From Candidatus Vogelbacteria bacterium RIFOXYD1_FULL_46_19 (GTDB taxonomy: Bacteria; Patescibacteriota; Minisyncoccia; Phycocordibacterales; XYD1-FULL-46-19), in NCBI GenBank assembly GCA_001824825.1, contig MHTK01000006.1, forward strand, positions 57,051 through 121,050: a DNA stretch of 64,000 bases, given 5' to 3'. A program made the translations under genes and the position numbers. The notes under the pieces are model-generated. The model had not been told where the DNA came from. It searched no databases and was given only the letters and a program-made list of their open reading frames with translations. Position 1 is the first letter of the stretch. Every line of letters starts with the position of its first letter. Of the stretch, positions 38,549-48,380 are shown piece after piece.

Positions 38549-39784
38549 CTATTGTCCCAACAGCAACTGCACCGCCTTGTCTAATTGGTGGTCACGGCCA
38601 GCCTCGTAATCCTCGGCTGAGAGCTCTACTACCACCGCCGGAGTTAGACCTTCTTTAGAGATTGATACGCCTTTGGGGGTCAGCCAACGGGCAATGGTTA
38701 CCTTTAAGGCCGTTTCCCTAGTGACCGGCACCAGCTCTTGAACCGAACCTTTACCAAAAGTTTGTTCCCCCACCAAAGTGGCTATGTCATATTCCGAGAG
38801 GGCCCCAGCCAAAATTTCTGACGCCGAGGCACTACCCCGATCTACCAGCACTATCATTTTAAGATCATCGGTGAAAGCATTATAACCCTTACTGCGATAA
38901 GCCACGTCCTTGGCTCCCTCGCCTCGATGTTCCCAGACCACTACCTTGCCCTCCGGCAAAAACCAACTCGCCATATCGACTGCCGCATCTAAGTAACCCC
39001 CAGGGTTGCCCCGTAAGTCTAAAACCAAGCGGTCGGTCCCGGTCGCTTGGAATTTAAGCAAGGCTTGGCGGAATAAATCAGGCGAGTTAGCGCTGAAATT
39101 ATAGAGTCGGATCACAAATACTTGCTCCGGCAAAAGCTCGGTCTCGATCGTGGGGATTTCAATAATATCGCGCTTGACTTGAATGTCTTGCGGTTCCGAT
39201 CCGGCCGCTACCCGCAAAATAGTTAACTTAACCACCGTCCCCCGCTCCCCTCTAATATTACTAACCGCTTCATCTACCGACATTTCCGACGTCAACTCGC
39301 CATCAATACTTAAAATTTTATCCCCAGCTTGAATCCCGGCTCGCTTGGCCGGAGTGTTAGGTAGAGGGGCCACCACTGTCAAGATACCATCCTTAACCCC
39401 AATCTCCATCCCCACCCCACTAAAGTTACCCGAAATATCTTCTTCAAATTGCCGTTTTTCGGTCGGAGGTAAGAAAACAGTGTACGGATCCCCAAGGGCC
39501 GCGGTCATCCCGGAAATAGCCCCCCACAAGCGATCCTCGGTCTTGGTTTCGATAGTGCTAGTGCCGTTGCTATTAACATATTTTTCATCCAAGAGGGTCC
39601 AAGCTTCCCAAAATGGTGAGAAATCAACCGTATCCGGTTTCAGGGTTTCTAAGTCACTTAAACCACTCACCCGTTCAATAGCGGGCCCCCGCCGCTCCCC
39701 CAACTGCCAGCCACTCCAAAAGGTGGCCCCTAAAATAACCAGCACGAGTAGTAAGGTAAAAGTTGTACCAAGATAACGCTTCAT
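38549..39784 (-). CDS. C-terminal processing protease (S41, CtpA/Prc family)
   Basis: DPYT, PDZ domain, LDLRGNPGG, SASASEI, TFGKGSVQ. Confidence 0.94.
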   Translation of the reverse strand: MKRYLGTTFTLLLVLVILGATFWSGWQLGERRGPAIERVSGLSDLETLKPDTVDFSPFWEAWTLLDEKYVNSNGTSTIETKTEDRLWGAISGMTAALGDPYTVFLPPTEKRQFEEDISGNFSGVGMEIGVKDGILTVVAPLPNTPAKRAGIQAGDKILSIDGELTSEMSVDEAVSNIRGERGTVVKLTILRVAAGSEPQDIQVKRDIIEIPTIETELLPEQVFVIRLYNFSANSPDLFRQALLKFQATGTDRLVLDLRGNPGGYLDAAVDMASWFLPEGKVVVWEHRGEGAKDVAYRSKGYNAFTDDLKMIVLVDRGSASASEILAGALSEYDIATLVGEQTFGKGSVQELVPVTRETALKVTIARWLTPKGVSISKEGLTPAVVVELSAEDYEAGRDHQLDKAVQLLLGQ

Positions 39785-39873
39785 AAATTTAAGTCTATCT
39801 AGTTTAACACATTCCTGCCCCAAGCCCCAAAACTGCTTGTCGAGAACTTTGGTTAAGACTATAATTACTTCAT

Positions 39874-40806
39874 ATGATACGACAATTTAAACACCAGGAC
39901 ATTACCTGGATCGATGTTTCAGTCCCAACGGCTGAAGAGCTTAATCAGCTGTCTCGCGATTATGAGCTTCATTCTCTAGTCGAAAACGAGCTATCCTCCC
40001 CTAGTCCACGGTCGCGTTTAGACAGTTATGAAAAGTATCTTTATCTGATTCTCCATTTCCCCGCCACCAATGCTTTGGATCAAACTTTGCCGGCTCCGCA
40101 CAAAGTTGATACTAATGAGATTGATTTCATTATCGGTCAAAAATTTCTCATCACTATTCATTATCAACCAATTCAATCTCTCGATGAGTTTAGTGAGATT
40201 TTTGAAACGACATTAACACCGGATTACGCGGCCAAAAAAGCCCACGCCGGCTATCTTTTTTTTCACATTCTGATCAAACTTTACCAATCGCTGGATAAAA
40301 ATTTGGAAATTTTAAATTCAGAATTAAAAAAAATTGAGAAGAATATTTTTGCCGGTCAAGAAAAAGCCATGGTCCGCGTCCTGGCCGACCTACATCACGA
40401 GCTCCTAGACTTCCGCTGGGCCCTAAAATCGCACACTGACATCTTGTCGCAACTTGAAGATGATACCACCGAATTTTTCGGGGCTGACTTTAGGTTTCAT
40501 CCAAAACTAATTCGCTTGGCCTACAATCGCGTCAACACTGCTTTGAGTAATTTACAGGAAATGTACAATGACCTACGAACCACCAATGATTCCCTCCTCA
40601 CAATTAAAACCAACGAAATAATGAAAGTTTTAACCATCATGGCTTTCATTACCTTCCCCTTGTCAGTTTTAACTTCTACTTTCGGCATGAACACTGTTAG
40701 CACCCCAATCCTGGGGGCTCGCCACGATTTCTGGATCATTGTTGTCATTATGCTAACAGCCGTAGCCACTATGTTTGGCTTTTTCCGCTATAAAAGATGG
40801 ATTTAG
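39874..40806 (+). CDS. corA: CorA-family Mg2+ transporter
   Basis: NEIMKVLT, FGMN signature, two C-terminal TMs. Confidence 0.92.
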   Translation: MIRQFKHQDITWIDVSVPTAEELNQLSRDYELHSLVENELSSPSPRSRLDSYEKYLYLILHFPATNALDQTLPAPHKVDTNEIDFIIGQKFLITIHYQPIQSLDEFSEIFETTLTPDYAAKKAHAGYLFFHILIKLYQSLDKNLEILNSELKKIEKNIFAGQEKAMVRVLADLHHELLDFRWALKSHTDILSQLEDDTTEFFGADFRFHPKLIRLAYNRVNTALSNLQEMYNDLRTTNDSLLTIKTNEIMKVLTIMAFITFPLSVLTSTFGMNTVSTPILGARHDFWIIVVIMLTAVATMFGFFRYKRWI

Positions 40807-40808
40807 CT

Positions 40809-42206
40809 ATGCCCCGCTCCCCTCTTTTTTTCTACAATACTTTAAGTCGAAGTAAAGAAGAGTTTACCCCGCTTAACCAGGGCGAAGTTGGTTTGTATTC
40901 TTGCGGCCCCACAGTGTATGACTATGCTCATATTGGTAACTTACGGTCTTATATCTTATCCGATATTCTCCGCCGCACCTTAGAGTGGTCTGGTTACTCG
41001 ATTCGCCAAGTGATCAACATTACTGACGTGGGTCACCTAGCTGGCGATACCACCGACACTGGCGAAGATAAAATTGAGCAAGCGGCGAGAGCCGCCTCTA
41101 AACAAGTGACGGAAATTACGACTCTGTACACCGCCGCTTTTTTTGACGACTTAGTTAAGTTAAACATTAAAACTACCGACACCATTTTTCCTCGCGCCAC
41201 GGCCCATATCCCCGAACAAATTGAGCTGATTAAAACTCTGGAAACCAAGGGTTTAGTTTATGAGGCTGCTGATGGCTTATACTTTGACACCAGTTTATAC
41301 CCGGCCTATACCGAACTAGGCCGGCTAAATTTAAGTGGGCAAGTGGCCGGGGCTCGGGTGGAGGTCACCAAGGGCAAGCGCCAACCGGCCGACTTTGCTT
41401 TGTGGAAATTTTCCCCGCCGGGGGCCGATCGGCTACAGGAGTGGGACTCTCCGTGGGGCCGAGGTTGGCCGGGCTGGCACTTGGAATGCTCCGCGATGAG
41501 CATGAAATATTTAGGCAAACATTTCGACTTACACACCGGGGGCGAAGACCATATCCCTGTTCACCATACGAACGAACGCGCCCAATCAGAGTGTGCGACC
41601 GGCGAACCCTTCGTTAACTATTGGCTACATAATGCCTTCATTACGGTAGACGGCCGAAAAATGTCCAAGTCACTAGGAAATTTTTATACTTTAAGTGACT
41701 TGGCTGGACAAGGATTCCCCGCTTTAGCTTATCGTTACTTTTTACTGGGGGCCCACTATCGTAGCCCCATCAACTTTACCTTCGAAGCCCTCGGGGCAGC
41801 CACCAAGGCTTGGCGAAAAGTAAACACTGAAGTGGCTAGCTTACCCACCGCCAGCAAAACTGATGATCACTTCATGGCTGAGTTTGAAGCTGCGATAGCC
41901 GACGACTTAAACACCGCCAAAGGCCTAGCTCTCTTGCACGAAGTTTTACACTCAAGCCTAGACCCAAGTGTAAAGCGCGCCACTATCCAAAAATTTGATG
42001 AGATTTTGGGTATCTTGGATCTAAATGGGAAACCGCTTGCCAACACTGTCATCCCCGAAACGATCAAGTCCTTAGTTCAAGACCGAGAAATTGCTCGTGG
42101 TCGTGGTGACTGGGCTCAGGCCGACTTACTCCGAGCTGAAATAGATAAACAAGGCTACACTCTAAAAGACACCTCGGCCGGGCCCGAACTGACACCCAAG
42201 ACTTAG
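40809..42206 (+). CDS. cysS: Cysteine--tRNA ligase
   Basis: CGPTVY..HIGN, PGWHLECSAM, KMSKSLGN. Confidence 0.97.
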   Translation: MPRSPLFFYNTLSRSKEEFTPLNQGEVGLYSCGPTVYDYAHIGNLRSYILSDILRRTLEWSGYSIRQVINITDVGHLAGDTTDTGEDKIEQAARAASKQVTEITTLYTAAFFDDLVKLNIKTTDTIFPRATAHIPEQIELIKTLETKGLVYEAADGLYFDTSLYPAYTELGRLNLSGQVAGARVEVTKGKRQPADFALWKFSPPGADRLQEWDSPWGRGWPGWHLECSAMSMKYLGKHFDLHTGGEDHIPVHHTNERAQSECATGEPFVNYWLHNAFITVDGRKMSKSLGNFYTLSDLAGQGFPALAYRYFLLGAHYRSPINFTFEALGAATKAWRKVNTEVASLPTASKTDDHFMAEFEAAIADDLNTAKGLALLHEVLHSSLDPSVKRATIQKFDEILGILDLNGKPLANTVIPETIKSLVQDREIARGRGDWAQADLLRAEIDKQGYTLKDTSAGPELTPKT

Positions 42207-42320
42207 GTGTCTCCTGACTGAGGTATCCACAGCTTCTCCACCAAAAGCCGATAAAAAGGCCTATTTGGGGACCGTGGCCCACTCGGGCTCTAAGTGGCTT
42301 GTGCTACAATAGATTTACTT

Positions 42321-43682
42321 ATGGCCGAAGCCACTAAAAATTTCGTTAAATCACCACTAAAGATCCCGCCACAGGATATTTCGTCCGAGCAGGCTCTCTT
42401 GGGCTCAGTGATGATCAAACCTGACTCGCTACACGAAATTCTTGATACTATTTATGCGGACACTTTTTATGCCAACAAACATCGGATCATTTTCAAAGGC
42501 ATGGTGGAGTTACATGATAAGAATGAGCCGATTGATGTCGTCACCCTAACCTCTCACTTAAAAAACAAAAAACTGTTGGAGCAAATTGGTGGTAGTAGCT
42601 ACTTAGCCGAACTAATCAGTCTTGTCCCGTCGGCCGCCAATATTGCTCATTACGCTGAAACAGTGGCTAAAAAATTTGCTCTGCGCAATCTAATCGATTC
42701 AGCCGATCGGATTTTAGAACTAGGTTACAACGAAAGCGAAGATATTGACACCGTATTCGACAAAGCCGAACAGTTAATTTTTAATCTTGGTACTTTTTCC
42801 AAAAAAACTTACATTGCCCTTAAAGATACCTTAACCGATGCTTGGGAACGTTTTGACAAATTACATAAATCTAAAGACGGCCACCGTGGGGTTCCGTCCG
42901 GCTTTCGCGATTTAGACAATCTGTTGTCTGGCTTTCAAAAATCTGACCTGATTATTTTAGCGGCTCGGCCCTCGGTCGGTAAAACTTCTCTCGCCTTAGA
43001 CATTGTGCGTAATGTGGCTTGCCGGCAAAATTTGCCAGTGGCTATTTTTTCCCTGGAAATGAGCACCCAACAACTAGTCGACCGTATCATTGCGGCTGAA
43101 AGCCGCGTCGATTCCTGGAAATTGCGCACCGGTCGCGTATCGGCTCAAGAAGATTTTGACCGCATTCGCGATGCCCTAGACCAGCTATCTAAAGCGCCTA
43201 TTTTCATCGACGATGAACCGTCCAACAATATTACCAAAATGAAAACGGTGGCCCGACGTCTCAAGTCGGAACATGGTTTAGCATTAATCGTGGTCGACTA
43301 CCTCCAGTTGATGGTCCCCCGCCGGGAGTCGGACTCGATGGTGCAAATGGTGACGGAAATTTCTCGCTCCCTTAAAGGCTTGGCCCGCGAACTGGAAGTT
43401 CCGGTGATTGCTCTATCCCAGCTCTCACGAGCGGTTGAGCAGCGCGGGGGTAAACCACGGTTGTCGGACTTACGCGACTCCGGTTCGATCGAACAAGACG
43501 CCGATGTCGTAATGTTTATCCACCGAGAAGACCGTTTTGACGAAAGTTCCGAGCGAAAAAACATTGCGGAAATCCTAGTAGAGAAGCATCGTAATGGTCC
43601 GGTTGGTAAGATTGATTTGTACTTTGATGAACATCGCGTCAGCTTCAATACGGTGGAAAAAGGCGACTTTGGCTCGTTTTAA
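42321..43682 (+). CDS. dnaB: Replicative DNA helicase
   Basis: AARPSVGKT, FSLEM, DYLQL, LSDLRDSGSIEQDAD. Confidence 0.98.
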   Translation: MAEATKNFVKSPLKIPPQDISSEQALLGSVMIKPDSLHEILDTIYADTFYANKHRIIFKGMVELHDKNEPIDVVTLTSHLKNKKLLEQIGGSSYLAELISLVPSAANIAHYAETVAKKFALRNLIDSADRILELGYNESEDIDTVFDKAEQLIFNLGTFSKKTYIALKDTLTDAWERFDKLHKSKDGHRGVPSGFRDLDNLLSGFQKSDLIILAARPSVGKTSLALDIVRNVACRQNLPVAIFSLEMSTQQLVDRIIAAESRVDSWKLRTGRVSAQEDFDRIRDALDQLSKAPIFIDDEPSNNITKMKTVARRLKSEHGLALIVVDYLQLMVPRRESDSMVQMVTEISRSLKGLARELEVPVIALSQLSRAVEQRGGKPRLSDLRDSGSIEQDADVVMFIHREDRFDESSERKNIAEILVEKHRNGPVGKIDLYFDEHRVSFNTVEKGDFGSF

Positions 43683-43805
43683 GTCGACCAATTTTATTCG
43701 TATTATTCGCCCGCCCAACATTACCCGAGGCTTCAGGCGACGGCGGACAGGTATGTAATTTGTAAATTCGTATCGCATTATACTTCGTTATTGGTATCGC
43801 CTTAT

Positions 43806-44435
43806 ATGAGCTCAAGCATCTTCGATCAACTAGTAGCTATGTTTATCAAGTTCCCCGGGATTGGGCCACGCCAAGCCCGGCGCTTTGTGTACTTTCTCCT
43901 CGCTTTAGATGAACAAAGTTTAAATCGTTTTACAGAAAGCATTTCGCTGTTAAAACAAAAAGCTAGACAGTGTGATCGCTGTGGCTATCATTTCTTTAAA
44001 GATGACCAAGGGGGCCAACTATGCCGCTTGTGTAGCGACCCTAACCGAGACCACTCTTTACTAATGGTGGTGGAAAAAGATTTAGATGTCGATACTATCA
44101 AGCGGTCAGACTCTTACCCAGGCCTATTTTTTATTTTAGGTGGCCTAGTACCAATTTTAGACAAAGAACCAGCTAAAAGGATTCGTTTGGCTAAACTCTT
44201 AAATTTAATTAAAACCGAACTTAAAAGTGGAGTATTAACGGAAATAATTTTAGCGCTCAGTGTTAACTCCGAGGGCGACTATACCATCGATTATTTAAAG
44301 CAACATCTCCAGCTGATTTTAGTAGATTATCCCAACACTAAAATTTCCGTCCTCGGCCGAGGTTTATCCACTGGTACCGAGCTAGAGTATTCTGATAGCG
44401 AGACCTTGAGAAATGCTTTAAAAAATCGAGGCTAA
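43806..44435 (+). CDS. recR: Recombination mediator RecR
   Basis: PGIGPRQA, C4 zinc finger, TOPRIM, GTELEYSD. Confidence 0.94.
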   Translation: MSSSIFDQLVAMFIKFPGIGPRQARRFVYFLLALDEQSLNRFTESISLLKQKARQCDRCGYHFFKDDQGGQLCRLCSDPNRDHSLLMVVEKDLDVDTIKRSDSYPGLFFILGGLVPILDKEPAKRIRLAKLLNLIKTELKSGVLTEIILALSVNSEGDYTIDYLKQHLQLILVDYPNTKISVLGRGLSTGTELEYSDSETLRNALKNRG

Positions 44436-44531
44436 GGGTATCAACAAATATAAAAAACCGCTGGCTAAAATTAGGCCAGCGGCTACCATAGGCTCCGCCA
44501 GTTATAAACGCAGAACCACTGACAAACTAGG

Positions 44532-45350
44532 CTAGAGAATCCGCACCATCACCCCGTTACGTTGAGGACTATCCCCGTAAGTGTGGGAAAAGAAGGTTCT
44601 CGACCCACTCGCGTCTTGCTTGCAAGCACTGCAACCTGAATCCAGCTGGAGTTGGTCAAACCCACCCAACTTGACGTTGATATCTAATATCAAAGCCCCG
44701 AGATCTACCGCGACGAAAGCTGGTTGGACTGCGGCCCGAGGCCCTTTAGAAACCCGCCGGTCAAGCAGTAAGGCGCCCGGATATTGACGCCGTACTAACT
44801 CAAGCATTTCGCTGCCTGGCGGATAGCCATAGCAACAGGCTCCGATTCCCAGCCCAGCCCAAAAAGCTAAACGACTAGCTCGCTCGCCCATCAGCTCGAT
44901 CGCCCGCTCAATGATGTTAGGTGAGCCATTAAGCTCAAGTAGACAACGTAAGCCCAAGTGAAGCAAGCATCCTCGCCCGGTCTGGGGACTAAATAGTATC
45001 CCCACTGGGCAATCGGCATTACAAATACCAGCACCCAAACCGCCGGCTACCAGTAGGCAGCCATCGGCGGGCCGAATCGGCTGAAGCAATAAATAATGGT
45101 TCTCCAATTCGCGAGGGCCAATTGAAGCGTGATTAAAGTGATCACTATTGGGGTTAACGATCTGGTGCGTAAACAGGGGTTCGGGCACCACACAGTTGAC
45201 CTTCAGGCGGTTAATGAGGGCCAAGACCCGCCCTAAGTTATGAGCCGGGCGCCGTTGAGGAGTCAGATGGCCTTTAAGGGCGTGATCTCCTTCCGTCTGG
45301 CCCCCAATCACCATTTGCACTCGGCCATCAAAAATTTCTCTTAGCACCAT
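44532..45350 (-). CDS. Divergent YfiH/PgeF (laccase-domain) family protein
   Basis: ADG, NADCPV, LHLG, IGACCY, FFSH; GGAGG SD. Confidence 0.75.
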   Translation of the reverse strand: MVLREIFDGRVQMVIGGQTEGDHALKGHLTPQRRPAHNLGRVLALINRLKVNCVVPEPLFTHQIVNPNSDHFNHASIGPRELENHYLLLQPIRPADGCLLVAGGLGAGICNADCPVGILFSPQTGRGCLLHLGLRCLLELNGSPNIIERAIELMGERASRLAFWAGLGIGACCYGYPPGSEMLELVRRQYPGALLLDRRVSKGPRAAVQPAFVAVDLGALILDINVKLGGFDQLQLDSGCSACKQDASGSRTFFSHTYGDSPQRNGVMVRIL

Positions 45351-45454
45351 AGATCTATCCTCCAGGGTTTATCAAGTTCAGTTAGTCCGCTTTTAGTTTT
45401 ACCTCAATCCTTAAACTTTTGCAAACAAAAAAGCCCCACTTGGGGCTCTTTCGT

Positions 45455-45772
45455 TTAAACGTTAATTTTAGAAATTTTTACTTTTGAGTAAGGCTGGCGA
45501 TGGCCTTTTAGTTTACGGTAGTTAATTTTGTTCTTATAGCGCAGAACAATCAATTTTTTATGGCGTCCTTCTTCTACAAATTCACCATCTACTGTTACCC
45601 CTTTCAAATTTGGCTCCCCGATTTTGGCCACGCCCTCACGGGAAACTAAGAGGACTTCATCAAAAACCACCTTACCGCCGGTTTCATAGTCAGGCAACTT
45701 TTCAATCGTCAAAATATCGCCTTCGGCGACTTTATACTGCTTTCCCCCCGTTTTTATGACCGCAAAATTCAT
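45455..45772 (-). CDS. rplU: 50S ribosomal protein L21
   Basis: AVIKTGGKQYKV, GHRQ. Confidence 0.98.
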   Translation of the reverse strand: MNFAVIKTGGKQYKVAEGDILTIEKLPDYETGGKVVFDEVLLVSREGVAKIGEPNLKGVTVDGEFVEEGRHKKLIVLRYKNKINYRKLKGHRQPYSKVKISKINV

Positions 45773-45883
45773 ACCTCAGTATTGTACTAAAATAGCTTAA
45801 AAATGCAAGGTCCAGGCTATTAGAGGTGATGTTTTTCAGCTCAGTTGAGCTATAATTGGAGTAGTTGGTCTAGGGAGGGTCAA

Positions 45884-46090
45884 ATGATGAGAAAAGCCCT
45901 GATTTATAGTGCGCTCACCTTGGTTCTAGTTACCTTTGGGACGGCGGTCATAAATTGGTACTATTTTGCCATCCGTACCCTAGAGTGGGAGGAAGACCTG
46001 GTCATAATTTTTGTGCCCGTGTTGGCCATTGTCCTCTTGTGGTGCCTCGTCATTCTGCCCCTGGTCGCCCGGCTCACCCCGAAGTCATAG
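45884..46090 (+). CDS. Small two-TM orphan protein
   Basis: GGGAGGG SD, two hydrophobic helices, GC hairpin 46090-46125 after the stop. Confidence 0.6.
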   Translation: MMRKALIYSALTLVLVTFGTAVINWYYFAIRTLEWEEDLVIIFVPVLAIVLLWCLVILPLVARLTPKS

Positions 46091-46132
46091 TCCCCTCTTG
46101 CCACGGGCCAGAGGGGACATTTTTCCACTCAC

Positions 46133-47215
46133 CTACTCTTCTAAATCCGGTTTATCCAAGCGGAGCACTTCTATCCCACCGCCTTCGCCGGTAATACGCA
46201 CCACGTCTTTATCGATTTTCTTAAACTCCTTATAGGCATTATTGTAGTGGCTAACCGTCGTCCCCAAAGACCCGCCAATTTTTTGCATAAACGAGTCATA
46301 GACACTGAGGTGTTTACCCAACTCCCCTACCCGCTGCCGTATTTCCTTGGCCGATTCTTCTATTTGTAAGGCCTTCAAACCTTGCAGGACGGTTTGTAAA
46401 TAAGCTAAAAAGGAGGTCGGTGACACAATAATGACGTGATACTTCGCCGCCGCTCGCTGAATCAAATTTTCGGTTTCGCCGTGAATCGCCCCCACTTTAT
46501 TGACCAGCAAATCGTAATAAATCGCCTCGTGAGGAATAAACATAAAAGCAAAGTCCAGTGTACCTTCGTTCGGCCGAATATACTTACCCGTCTCCTGGAT
46601 GCGCATTTTCAAATCACTTAAGAATATCTTTTCCAGTTTTTCCCGCTCGGCCGGATTTTTTTCTTCATTGATACGGTTGTAATTTTCCAAACTGAATTTT
46701 GAATCAACCGGAATAACTTTATCTTTAATGAAAACGGCCGCATCCACAATCTCTCCGTCGGCAAACTTATACTGCATTTCGAAACTACCCGGGGGCAACA
46801 CATTTTTCAACAAGGTTTCCAAGTAATACTCCCCCAGAATTCCTCGCTGTTTGGGATTTTTTAAAATGTCTTGTAAATCCCGTAATTGGTCGGTAAAGTT
46901 CATCACCTGCTTATTGGTCTCATCGAGCTTGGTTAGGCGCTCTGTCACATCCTGGATAATTTTAACCGACTCGGCAAACTGCCCTCGCATCGATTCTTGC
47001 ATAAACTTTGACGACTCTTTAAGCTCAGTACGCACGTGACCCATCCGATCGTCAAGAAGACGTGTCAGTTCATTCATTTGGTTTTGTAGCATCATAAACG
47101 ACTGGCCACTGGCCTCGGTCGTAGCACCCAATTTTGACTTCGCTAAGAAGCGCCAGCCAATAAAGACGACTAGTAAGCCGCCAACTACCCCTATCATCAG
47201 ATAAGTTATTTCCAT
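46133..47215 (-). CDS. rmuC: DNA recombination protein RmuC
   Basis: RGILGE, VDSKF, DFAFMFIPHE, VSPTSF. Confidence 0.93.
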   Translation of the reverse strand: MEITYLMIGVVGGLLVVFIGWRFLAKSKLGATTEASGQSFMMLQNQMNELTRLLDDRMGHVRTELKESSKFMQESMRGQFAESVKIIQDVTERLTKLDETNKQVMNFTDQLRDLQDILKNPKQRGILGEYYLETLLKNVLPPGSFEMQYKFADGEIVDAAVFIKDKVIPVDSKFSLENYNRINEEKNPAEREKLEKIFLSDLKMRIQETGKYIRPNEGTLDFAFMFIPHEAIYYDLLVNKVGAIHGETENLIQRAAAKYHVIIVSPTSFLAYLQTVLQGLKALQIEESAKEIRQRVGELGKHLSVYDSFMQKIGGSLGTTVSHYNNAYKEFKKIDKDVVRITGEGGGIEVLRLDKPDLEE

Positions 47216-47300
47216 ACCGCTTTATTATATCAATGAGTCAGCAAAAAAAATAGAGCTCGACCGAGACTTGTTTTCGCTAAATTCTTATCAAATGAAACAA

Positions 47301-47475
47301 TTGACACCATAAACTTCATCCGTTAAAGTAAAATAATGTTAAAGCTTGGAACTAATCAGGGTAACTATTTTGGTTTTTGGTTTACCCCTACCCCAACGAG
47401 GGGGGCCCTTTTTAGTTACTGAGAGTGAGAATCAGTTTCAGAAATTAAAAAGAGCTCCCCTCCCGGGGAGTTTTT
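47301..47475 (+). promoter_or_regulatory. Promoter plus putative uORF/terminator leader
   Basis: TTGACA-17-TAAAGT; ATG 47336 at the predicted TSS (28-aa uORF to 47422); GAGCTCCCC/GGGGAGTTT hairpin + T run. Confidence 0.45.
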
Positions 47476-47516
47476 ATTTGATTAGGTCTTTGGATAACCA
47501 ATAGGAGAACTAGATT

Positions 47517-47804
47517 ATGGTGCAAAGCACGGGTGAATTACTGAAAAGCCATACGACCGCCTTGGAGGAAGCTTTTCGGCAAGTCGGTACCGATACCAGT
47601 CAGGACATCACTTACAAAGTCCTCGCTTGGCTCGCTGCCGAGCTACCGCCCGGATCGGATTTACAAGCAGAAAAGGTCGAGCAACTGGTCCAGCGGGTGA
47701 CTCGTCATATGGGTAGTGGAGAAGGCAAGGCCGCCACTTTGATTTACCAAATCAATCACCTGTTTAGTCGCACCCCCGAAGCCACCACTCGTCGAGCGGT
47801 TTAG
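47517..47804 (+). CDS. Orphan protein (95 aa)
   Basis: AGGAG SD; terminator at 47817-47850. Confidence 0.6.
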   Translation: MVQSTGELLKSHTTALEEAFRQVGTDTSQDITYKVLAWLAAELPPGSDLQAEKVEQLVQRVTRHMGSGEGKAATLIYQINHLFSRTPEATTRRAV

Positions 47805-47850
47805 GCTGTCTCCCCCACCCCCCGGTCGCAAGGCGATCGGGGGTTTTATT

Positions 47851-48201
47851 TTACATTTCATGAGATTCTGACCGCTCTAAATTATCCAACAGGTCCATAA
47901 TTTTCTGGTACAAATCAGAGCAACCTTCTTGATCAGCCTGACAGCGGGCATCCTCTAAACACTCTAGAGCCCCCTCTCGATCACCAGCCGCTAGATATAG
48001 CTCGACTCTAGCCATCGTAAATCTAATTTCCGGCTCTGGGCGGGGTAAACTTAAAACCACTTGTTCTTGAATTACTGTCCACCCATTGATAGCTGTCAGC
48101 ACTTCAGCATCTCCTAAGCCTTTTTCTTGGATCAGCTTTATTAAAGTGGCTGGAACTTCGATTGGTGAACTTTTTGACTCCCGGTTGGGAAAATTTTCCA
48201 T
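47851..48201 (-). CDS. Hypothetical helical protein
   Basis: 116-aa ORF with ATG; TPR-like end (ARVELYLAAGDREGALECL). Confidence 0.55.
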   Translation of the reverse strand: MENFPNRESKSSPIEVPATLIKLIQEKGLGDAEVLTAINGWTVIQEQVVLSLPRPEPEIRFTMARVELYLAAGDREGALECLEDARCQADQEGCSDLYQKIMDLLDNLERSESHEM

Positions 48202-48380
48202 AAATTAATTATAAATTAAAATATCTCATAATTATTCAAGCGACTTTTGACCCCTTTCACTGCTTCCCTTTGTACATGTTTTAGTATAACAGAAGTTGCC
48301 AGAATAAGTTGAGGGTAAGAAATTAAGAAAAAGAGGCCCCGGCGCGATAAGCGTCGGGGCCTGAATCAGCAAACATTGCA

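Noticed and set aside
43705-43752. GC-rich hairpin between dnaB and recR as an ncRNA
   Set aside because: Short and imperfect, with no promoter/terminator pair; more likely a degenerate REP-like palindrome.
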